A DNA stretch of 32,000 nucleotides from Halomicronema hongdechloris C2206 (lineage in GTDB: Bacteria; Cyanobacteriota; Cyanobacteriia; Phormidesmidales; Phormidesmidaceae). This document shows positions 7,126-13,866 of the stretch, piece by piece. How positions within the stretch are numbered: position 1 is the stretch's first letter; each line of letters starts with the position of its first letter. The translations under genes were made by a program, and so were the position numbers. The notes beneath the pieces are model-generated. The model searched no databases and was not told the origin of the DNA. It was given only the letters and a program-made list of their open reading frames with translations. Location: assembly GCF_002075285.3 (NCBI RefSeq), contig NZ_CP021983.2:5280001-5312000 (forward strand), given 5' to 3'.

Positions 7126-10100
7126 GGCTCCATCTCTGACACCAGTGCACATCCCTGGTTAGTCACGGTACTGGCGGGTACTGGAGCTGCAGCAGACTCT
7201 GCCGCGATGAAGTAGACTTGGCCATCGGCTCGGGTAATCCAGCCATCGGCCTCCACTAGCGAACCCGCTGCAGCGGCAGGGGTATCCGGCACCCTGGCGG
7301 CAGCACCGTCTTCATGGGTGACCCAGGGTACAGAGATGGCGGACTGTGCGATCGCATCTAAGGTTCCCGGACTAGGGGGCAATCCTCCCCGGCCCGAGAC
7401 AATAAACTCACTCTGCTGGGCGGCGACGGCGGCATCTGGGCCACATCCCTCCGCAATTTGATCCGCCGGATCATCCAAATTGACCGGCAGTTCTGCCAAC
7501 CCACGACTGGGATCTAAATCCAGCGTGTCGATATCGATCGTGCCCTGGAGGCCAAACTCAGAGCTGGCACTGATGTCATTGCTGGTATTACTGCGAAGCT
7601 GCCCGAAGGTGAGGCCACTGGGCTGAGTAAACCCGAAGATATTGTTGGCGGAAATGGTAATATTGCCCCCGTCTCCCAAGATCGAGTTGGCAATGATGTC
7701 GCTGTTTTCCTGGGGAACAGCAACGACAAAATCCGCAGAGATGCTGATATCCCCGCCATTTACGAGACTATCCCCAAAGGCATCTGCAAGCATTAGACTA
7801 CCCTGGCGCAGCACCAACACCTCCACATCACTGACAGCAATATCACCGGCCTCGCCTGCCCCTTCAGTATCTGCCTTGATCTCGGTGTCATTGAGGATGA
7901 TGACCTTGGCTGATTCCAGGGTGATTCGCCCTCCCGTACCGGCACCACCCGTTGTCGTGGTGGTGAGGTCACTGCCATTAAATACCATGTCCCCAGATGC
8001 GGAGCTAACTATCTGAATGCCACCCGCATCGCCAGTGCCACTGGAATCAGCCCTTAACTCCGTTGAATTGAGCGTCACTCCATCGTCGCCAGATAAGCGG
8101 ATACCTCCCCCATCTCCCGTTGCCTCAGTGCTACTGGTAAAGGCACTGTCGTGAACGGTGAGTCGGCCGGAACTGCTGATATTGATCAAGCCTGCCGGCA
8201 GACCACTCTGGGTGTTACTTTCCAGGATCACCTCCTCCAGGCTGAGATTCCCTGAGCTTTCAACGGTAATATTGCCGGACAGGCCGACACCGTCGACGGT
8301 AATCGTTCCCCCGGTCAGATCAGGCAGCATCGCCTGGGAGGTGCGAATCTCTAGATCGCTAATGTGCAGGTCGCCAAACCCTGAAATCCTCACATTGCCG
8401 GCATCACTGAAAAAATCAGAGGATAGGGTGAAAATCTCCAGGTTACTAATCTGGGTACCGGCTTCTAAGAGCACATCCCCTCCGGAGCCAGCTCCCTGTC
8501 CCGCCGTATCGGCTACGGCAAAGGTAATGATTTGAGACCCCATCGTTGGACCCATGATCTGCCCCTGGGGAGCAGACAGGCGCACATCCCCACCATTGCC
8601 AGCATTCCCATCCTTAGAAAAAGACGACGCGGCAATCACATCCATGAGGCTGATATTGCCATTGCTGGCGATGAAGGTAACGGCGCCTCCATTGCCAGAA
8701 TCACCTGTGCTTTCGGCAAAGGAATCTGCAAAGACCGATCCATTGACCGTGATATCGCCATGCTCGGCCCTCAGGGTAATGGCACCGCCATCGCCCGCAT
8801 CCCCCCCTGAGGATTGAGAAAAGGCCAATAGGTCCCCGGTGGTTATATCGCCCAGGGCGGACAGGAGAATCGGGCCGGCATCATTAGGCCCAGGGGCACT
8901 GGTATTGACTTCGCCGATCAGGATGCTACCGGGTTGCAATCCCGCGACGGCGACACCGCTAGCAAAGATGGTACCACCGGTGGTGATCGCAATATTGGGA
9001 TTGGTCACGGCGGGCACCCCGGCCCGCAGAATCAGGGCCGGCAGAGTGCTGAGAATGTCAACGTCTGGATCGGAGGCAGGAATGCCCACATCAGGTCCGG
9101 TAATACGGATATTTCCCCCCTCAATGCTGCCGGTGGCTTCCACCTTCAGGGCGGCTCCAGTGTAGTCGCCGAATACCACATCTCCGTTGGCCTGGATGAT
9201 GGGGTCATAGAGGCTGACAAAGTCGCCTGGAGTTCCCGCCAGAGTCAGCACGTACCATCCGCCACCACTGGCAAAGCGAGCATCTCCCGAGATGATGCCA
9301 TCACTCATCAGCCGCAGGGCACCCCCACTCACAAAGGGAGTGTGGTCTGGATGGTTCAGGGCCAGGATATCAATGGCACTATCCCCCTGAACCGTGAGGT
9401 CCCCTGCGGCATGGGCTGAGAAGACCTCCGCCGGAGTATCACGAATGACAATGGTATCGGCAGCATGGAGGCTCAGGTCTCGGCCAGCCAGCAACTGCCC
9501 CGTCAGCAATAGATACTTACCCCCCAGGATCAGGTCCTGCCCCGTTTCCAAGCGACCAGCGGTGATGATATCTCCCACCGGCAAGCGATTGGCCTGGACT
9601 CCCAGCGGTACACTGAGGCTCAGCAGCTCCCCGGCGGCAGGGATGGCACTGAACTCACGGCCATCGGCGAAGTCGATTCCTTCAGTTGTCGTCGCGACGA
9701 AGGAGCCCCTGACGTCCAACTGGGCGTTGGGCCCAAACAGGATGCCATTAGGATTGAGCAGAAACAGATCGGCGGTACCGTCTACCCCTAATAACCCATC
9801 AAGGGTAGACAGGCTCCCCCCTGTGACCCGGCTCAAGATGGTGTCGATGCCGAGGGGATTAGCGAAATAGACCCGCTGACCGGTGTTGACGTTGAACTCC
9901 CGAAAACTATGGAATAAGTTAGCACCCCGCTGGGCACCCCCATCGATGTGAATGGCACCATTCCCGTTAATCAGGACATGAGGGGTAATGACAGAGCTTT
10001 CTCCTGCCAGACTGGCATCGGGAATCAGTTGTGCTTTTGCCGACCCTGTCCCTGATACCCCACTGCCTGCCAGGACAACTAGCCCCCAACAGAGTTGAAT

Positions 10101-10127
10101 CGAGCAGTAGGACGCAGGGAGTCGCAC
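7122..10127 (-). CDS. TpsA-type exoprotein 1 (filamentous-haemagglutinin N-terminal/TPS domain, beta-helix repeats, conserved C-terminal module)
   Basis: GTG at 10127 with GAAGGTGA 4 nt upstream. Signal peptide ends ...GTGSAKA/QLIPD. TPS-domain motifs: GAQRGANLFHSFREFNV, YFANPLGIDTILSRVTGG, LFLLNPNGILFG (NPNG). Repeated G-x-GG-x-(I/V)-x-(L/I) beta-helix units: GDGGAITL, GNGGAVTF, GNGGDVRLS, GSGGDVLLE, GDGGGIRLS, GDAGGIQIV, GTGGRITLE, GDGGNITISANNIFG. C-terminal module: C...FIVSGRGGLPPSPG...VPWV...LVEADGWITRADGQVYFIA...C. Confidence 0.85.
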   Translation of the reverse strand: MRLPASYCSIQLCWGLVVLAGSGVSGTGSAKAQLIPDASLAGESSVITPHVLINGNGAIHIDGGAQRGANLFHSFREFNVNTGQRVYFANPLGIDTILSRVTGGSLSTLDGLLGVDGTADLFLLNPNGILFGPNAQLDVRGSFVATTTEGIDFADGREFSAIPAAGELLSLSVPLGVQANRLPVGDIITAGRLETGQDLILGGKYLLLTGQLLAGRDLSLHAADTIVIRDTPAEVFSAHAAGDLTVQGDSAIDILALNHPDHTPFVSGGALRLMSDGIISGDARFASGGGWYVLTLAGTPGDFVSLYDPIIQANGDVVFGDYTGAALKVEATGSIEGGNIRITGPDVGIPASDPDVDILSTLPALILRAGVPAVTNPNIAITTGGTIFASGVAVAGLQPGSILIGEVNTSAPGPNDAGPILLSALGDITTGDLLAFSQSSGGDAGDGGAITLRAEHGDITVNGSVFADSFAESTGDSGNGGAVTFIASNGNISLMDVIAASSFSKDGNAGNGGDVRLSAPQGQIMGPTMGSQIITFAVADTAGQGAGSGGDVLLEAGTQISNLEIFTLSSDFFSDAGNVRISGFGDLHISDLEIRTSQAMLPDLTGGTITVDGVGLSGNITVESSGNLSLEEVILESNTQSGLPAGLINISSSGRLTVHDSAFTSSTEATGDGGGIRLSGDDGVTLNSTELRADSSGTGDAGGIQIVSSASGDMVFNGSDLTTTTTGGAGTGGRITLESAKVIILNDTEIKADTEGAGEAGDIAVSDVEVLVLRQGSLMLADAFGDSLVNGGDISISADFVVAVPQENSDIIANSILGDGGNITISANNIFGFTQPSGLTFGQLRSNTSNDISASSEFGLQGTIDIDTLDLDPSRGLAELPVNLDDPADQIAEGCGPDAAVAAQQSEFIVSGRGGLPPSPGTLDAIAQSAISVPWVTHEDGAAARVPDTPAAAAGSLVEADGWITRADGQVYFIAAESAAAPVPASTVTNQGCALVSEMEP
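7348..7355. repeat. HIP1 octamer GCGATCGC
   Basis: exact match read in sequence. Confidence 0.95.
9594..10034 (-). repeat. Paralogous TPS-domain segment (copy in tpsA1)
   Basis: Aligns codon-for-codon with 12267..12710. My manual count gives 26 mismatches in 181 nt, about 85 percent identity, for 9720-9900 versus 12396-12576. Confidence 0.8.
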
Positions 10128-10157
10128 GATATCACCTTCAGAAATGAGTCAACCGTA

Positions 10158-12806
10158 TCACGGGAGCCAGGCATTACACGGCACAGCGGCAGTCAGGCTT
10201 CGAGGCGTTATCGAGGAAGCGTCCGCCACAAAATATATTTGACCATCGGCATCGGTGATCCAGCCTTGGGCTTCCACTAGCCTTGGCAGTTGCTCCGTTC
10301 TGGTGTCTGACCGGGTGATGGATGGTAGGGCCTCTGTCGTCACCGCTGGCAACTCCTCATCGACAGCCACCCAGGGAATCTCCACAGGGTCAGCGGCTTG
10401 TGGATCGGTTGGCCCTGGGGGCAATCCACCCCGCCCGGAGACAATGAAGCGATCGTCGGTGTTGCACCCGATGGCGCTACTGAGCGTCAGGTTTTCGGAG
10501 GCTGGTTCTGCGGGCAAGTCAGGATAGCCATCGTCTGCTTCTACATCGTCTCCGGTGTTGTCAGCAGTGGCTCCAGGAGGGCTGATGTCATTGGTGGAGT
10601 TATTCCTAAGTTCATCGAAACTCAGCCCCTCCTGGAAGATAAACCCCTCAATTTGGGCCACATTTAAGCTCAGTTGATTGTCGGAAATAATATCTGCATT
10701 GACAGTGTCGGAGACAAATACTGTAGACGTAAATGAGTCAAAATCCAAGGCCCGTAATCGATCGGCCTCAATCTGAATCAGATCCGTGGCAAATACTAAG
10801 CTATTGAAAAATAAATCGAGTCTATCGCCAGCATCTATCTTGACAGTTTCCCCTTCAACGGTCGTATCTTCTCCGAAACTAATGTTGTTCCCAGTCAGCA
10901 AAACTTTTCCTTGATCGGCATCAATAGTTGGCCCAGAAGATGTAGATATTCCATTGAAATCACCCATTCCAGTGATAGAGATGGTGCCCCCACTGCTGGT
11001 AATATCTTCCATGGCAATAAACACTCCAATGCCATTGACACTATTACCAACAATTTCAATATTTTCCCCATCGCTATCAATGGGCGAGGCGAAAAGCCTG
11101 ACTCCGTTCCCAGAGCCAAAGGTTGAATTGCTGTTGCTTCCTGTAATCGAAATAGTGCCGCCGCTACTCTCAATGGATGTTGAGGAAATAGTGACTCCGT
11201 TGCCAGAGCCGGTGTTTGCATTTCCTCTGATTGAAATCTTGCCGTCGCCGCTCTCGATAGTTGACGATGTTAACGAGACGCCATTAATGGCATCCATGGT
11301 GGCATTTCCCGTGATGAAAATATCGCCGCCGTCACTCTCAATGGATGCCAAGAAAAGATCGACGCCGTTGCCAAACTCAATATTGTTGGCGTTTCCCGTG
11401 ATGGAAATATCGCCGCCATTACTCAAAATTGATACAGAGCCTGAGGGAAAGGGAGCAATACTGACATTGCCGTCGCCATCGCCATCGCGATCTCCTAACA
11501 AGATCACAGGCAACGGACCCGCCATAGACAAAATATCAGCCTGAATCAAAATATTTCTGTCTGCTTCTAGGGTGAGGGTGGCCGCCCCACCATCTGTCTT
11601 TTCGATGACCGCACCTGGTTCCTGAGTGATGTCTCCAGCCTCGCTGCCGCCAATGTTGGTGGTGATGGTGACGCTGGTGCCATTATTGAGGGCTAAGTTA
11701 ATCTGATCCGCCCCCACAATACTGATGTCGATGCCAGTGACACCCATGGGCACGATGGTGATGTTAGTGGGGTCGATCAGCCAGAGGCCGCCGCTGCCAC
11801 TGGGGGCACTGGCGTCAACACGGGCGGTGACATGCAGGGTGTCCTTGGCCGAGGTTTCAATTAGGCCACCATCGCCTCCTAGGGTGCCGCCTCGGGCTGT
11901 GAGCGAGCCCTGGATGTCAGCCGCTTCATCGGCCCAGATAATAATTTGCCCTCCCTGGCCCCACTCTCCGGCATCGGCTCGGATGGTGGCGCCTGGTGCC
12001 ACTGTGGTTCTGCCGGCGGTTGGAATGGTTCCCTGTCCCTGATAGTCCCCACCCACTAGAACCGTGCCGCCATCGGTCAGCCCAGAGACATTGATGCTGG
12101 CGTTGTTTTGCAGATTGACCTGATTGCCTAACACCTGCACAGTGCCGCCAGGCACCTGTAAGCTGCCGCTGCTGGTGACAGTATCGCCAAACAGGGTTAG
12201 GGTTTGCTCGGGAGCCAGCGCTAAGGATCCTCGTACGGCAATATTGCCCTGAGGAGCCGTCCAGGTCTGCACCCCCAAGGGCATACTGACACTCAGCAGG
12301 TCTCCACCGGGAGAAGGGATGGCGCTGAACTCATGGCCATCGGCTAGGGGCAGGCTGTTGGCGGTGCTGACGAAGAAAGAGCCGTCTAGATCTAACTGGG
12401 CGTTGGCACCGAAGAGGACGCCATGGGGATTGAGCAGAAACAGGTCGGCGGCACCGTCTACCCCCAGCAGGCCATCGATGGTAGACAGGCTCCCCCCGGT
12501 GACTCGGCTCAAGATGGTGTCGATGCCGAGAGGGTTGGCGAAATAGACCCGTTGACCAGCATTGACGCTGAACTCCTGGAAGCTGTGGAACAGGTTGGCG
12601 CCCCGCTGGGCCCCGCCATCGATGCGCGTGGCACCACTGCCATTGATGACAGCATTGGGGGTAACCACAGAACTGTCTGCTCCGAGGCTGGCATCGGGGA
12701 TTAACTGCGCCCCTGCGGCAGACATACCAGTGGTGATACCGACTCCAAGGGAGACAACACCCAGGAATGAAGAAACACCAAACCGGCACCAGTAGGCTTG
12801 CACCAT
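10158..12806 (-). CDS. TpsA-type exoprotein 2 (TPS domain, GGDGGLIETS...WLIDP motif, six tandem beta-helix repeats, same C-terminal module)
   Basis: The ORF extends to a TTG at 12872, but the ATG at 12806 (MVQAYWCRFGVSSFLGVVSLGVGITTGMSAAGA/QLIPD) gives a normal signal peptide. TPS motifs: GAQRGANLFHSFQEFSV, YFANPLGIDTILSRVTGG, LFLLNPHGVLFG. Central IIIWADEAADIQGSLTARGGTLGGDGGLIETSAKDTL...GGLWLIDPTNITIV is typical of large TPS exoproteins. C-terminal module: C...FIVSGRGGLPPGP...IPWV...LVEAQGWITDADGQIYFVA...C. Confidence 0.85.
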   Translation of the reverse strand: MVQAYWCRFGVSSFLGVVSLGVGITTGMSAAGAQLIPDASLGADSSVVTPNAVINGSGATRIDGGAQRGANLFHSFQEFSVNAGQRVYFANPLGIDTILSRVTGGSLSTIDGLLGVDGAADLFLLNPHGVLFGANAQLDLDGSFFVSTANSLPLADGHEFSAIPSPGGDLLSVSMPLGVQTWTAPQGNIAVRGSLALAPEQTLTLFGDTVTSSGSLQVPGGTVQVLGNQVNLQNNASINVSGLTDGGTVLVGGDYQGQGTIPTAGRTTVAPGATIRADAGEWGQGGQIIIWADEAADIQGSLTARGGTLGGDGGLIETSAKDTLHVTARVDASAPSGSGGLWLIDPTNITIVPMGVTGIDISIVGADQINLALNNGTSVTITTNIGGSEAGDITQEPGAVIEKTDGGAATLTLEADRNILIQADILSMAGPLPVILLGDRDGDGDGNVSIAPFPSGSVSILSNGGDISITGNANNIEFGNGVDLFLASIESDGGDIFITGNATMDAINGVSLTSSTIESGDGKISIRGNANTGSGNGVTISSTSIESSGGTISITGSNSNSTFGSGNGVRLFASPIDSDGENIEIVGNSVNGIGVFIAMEDITSSGGTISITGMGDFNGISTSSGPTIDADQGKVLLTGNNISFGEDTTVEGETVKIDAGDRLDLFFNSLVFATDLIQIEADRLRALDFDSFTSTVFVSDTVNADIISDNQLSLNVAQIEGFIFQEGLSFDELRNNSTNDISPPGATADNTGDDVEADDGYPDLPAEPASENLTLSSAIGCNTDDRFIVSGRGGLPPGPTDPQAADPVEIPWVAVDEELPAVTTEALPSITRSDTRTEQLPRLVEAQGWITDADGQIYFVADASSITPRSLTAAVPCNAWLP
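10938..11438 (-). repeat. Six in-frame tandem repeats (26-31 aa each) inside tpsA2
   Basis: Protein units: SILSNGGDISITGNANNIEFGNGVDLFLA / SIESDGGDIFITGNATMDAINGVSLTSS / TIESGDGKISIRGNANTGSGNGVTISST / SIESSGGTISITGSNSNSTFGSGNGVRLFAS / PIDSDGENIEIVGNSVNGIGVFIAME / DITSSGGTISITGMGDFNGISTS. The DNA shows the recurring ...gtgatggaaatatcgccgcc... pattern. The region looks more AT-rich than its surroundings. Confidence 0.8.
12267..12710 (-). repeat. Paralogous TPS-domain segment (copy in tpsA2)
   Basis: See 9594..10034. The offset is constant at 2676 nt with no indels across the compared stretch. Confidence 0.8.
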
Positions 12807-12842
12807 GGTTCCTGGGGGATAGACTGCACGAGATTTGCAGGG

Positions 12843-12872
12843 ATAGTACAGCCTGACTATTCGACAACGCAA
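12843..12872 (-). promoter_or_regulatory. Candidate sigma70-like promoter upstream of tpsA2 (TTGCGT-18 nt-TACTAT on the minus strand)
   Basis: Plus-strand acgcaa at 12867-12872 and atagta at 12843-12848. A better -35-like TTGACC (ggtcaa 12895-12900) lies further upstream without a matching -10. Weak, by eye only. Confidence 0.2.
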
Positions 12873-12921
12873 GCGATCGTTACACTGCTCAACCGGTCAA
12901 GGGTGGAGAAGGCAGGAGGTA

Positions 12922-13866
12922 TTAGGGCTGGGTCGTGGCTTCAGGGCTTAGATCGACCCAGGTTGTCTGGAGGGGGACCGCTTCTCGATGTTTGGGATGA
13001 ATCCGTAGAATATATAGGGTTTTCTCAGGTAGGGCAGGGATGCGGTGCTCTGGAACCGTCAGGGGATACCAGTCCAAGGGAAAGCAATCGCGGCTGTAGT
13101 GGCTGAGGTAGACGGCATAGTCGTTGAATAGGGCTGGAGCCAGCTGTATAGTGAGCCTCTCTCCGGGGGCGAGGGCACCGAAGTAGAAGTGGGTCTCGGG
13201 ATTGGGGACCGGCAGAAAGGTATCGTGCACGAAGCGGGCCGGCAACCAATGGCGATAGCGCAGCAGCGGATAGACGTAGTAGTTTAGCCAGCGGTGAATC
13301 CAGCGACGCCGTTGGATCAGATCGCGGTAAAACCAGTTGGCATCGGGAGGAGCCGGTCGAGTTTCAGCAGTTAGGGCCAACTGACCATCGACTGTAATGG
13401 CCGGCAGCTCAATCGGATCAGACCAGTGGTAATGGCGCAACCCCACCAGATAGCGCCCTGGTGGCAGTGATATCTCTACCGGGGAATCTGTGGGGTCGGT
13501 GGTGAGGGAACTGATGCTGGTCAGGGTTTTGAAGCCCTGCAGGGTGTATATCACGGCGGTCCAGGAGGGGGCCGAGCGGAATAGGGAGGCGGTATCAAGT
13601 TGTAAGCTGGTTTGGACGGTAAATGGACCTGCGATCGCAATTAAGGCATGGAGATTCCAGCGGGCCCGACTCATGGTCCACAGCAGCTTCAGCGGGCTGG
13701 CCAGAAATTCGGCGGAGACCACCTGCCAGTCCGGTTTGGCCTTGCGATTGGCCGGATTATAATAACGGCTCAGCAGGGTCAGGGTGGCCTTTAAGGCTCG
13801 GGAAAAGAGGAAAGACAGCAACCCCAGGGGAACTTCCCAGAGGACATCCCAGGATGGCCTGCTCAT
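12922..13866 (-). CDS. Hypothetical protein (314 aa), translationally coupled to the Ols PKS
   Basis: The ATG at 13866-13864 overlaps the PKS TGA at 13865-13863 (ATGA). The ORF is long and uninterrupted, with composition like its neighbours. It has a hydrophobic N-terminal stretch (VLWEVPLGLLSFLFSRALKATLTLL) and is rich in W/Y/R/H. I recognise no motif. Confidence 0.6.
   Translation of the reverse strand: MSRPSWDVLWEVPLGLLSFLFSRALKATLTLLSRYYNPANRKAKPDWQVVSAEFLASPLKLLWTMSRARWNLHALIAIAGPFTVQTSLQLDTASLFRSAPSWTAVIYTLQGFKTLTSISSLTTDPTDSPVEISLPPGRYLVGLRHYHWSDPIELPAITVDGQLALTAETRPAPPDANWFYRDLIQRRRWIHRWLNYYVYPLLRYRHWLPARFVHDTFLPVPNPETHFYFGALAPGERLTIQLAPALFNDYAVYLSHYSRDCFPLDWYPLTVPEHRIPALPEKTLYILRIHPKHREAVPLQTTWVDLSPEATTQP
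13631..13638. repeat. HIP1 octamer GCGATCGC
   Basis: exact match read in sequence. Confidence 0.95.

Noticed and set aside
7514-9870. Many 60-160-aa ORFs on the + strand and in other minus frames inside tpsA1 (e.g. 8934..9419, 9394..9870)
   Set aside because: They lie entirely within a strongly supported 1001-aa gene. They are Pro/Arg/Ser-rich shadow frames, as expected in GC-rich repetitive coding DNA, and have no motifs.
10938-11438. Periodic repeats as a possible CRISPR array
   Set aside because: The repeats are in-frame coding units of tpsA2 with degenerate sequence. They have no unique spacers and variable unit length.
10255-12867. Shadow ORFs inside tpsA2, including the 196-aa + strand ORF 10954..11544 and the 178-aa ORF 12331..12867
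   Set aside because: The 196-aa ORF is the antisense image of the tandem repeats, and its own sequence repeats with the same period. The others are Arg/Pro-rich alternate frames of the TPS domain.
7122-12872. The tpsA genes as a contact-dependent inhibition (CdiA/CdiI) or ShlA-type haemolysin locus
   Set aside because: I saw no VENN-type pretoxin motif, no variable C-terminal toxin domain and no small immunity ORF after either gene. Both C-termini are instead the same conserved module.
7356-13630. A 6.3-kb HIP1-free stretch covering both tpsA genes as evidence of horizontal acquisition
   Set aside because: A comparable 5.5-kb gap occurs inside the PKS gene. With 14 sites in 32 kb such gaps are not statistically compelling, and the flanking tpsB and CHAT genes do carry HIP1.
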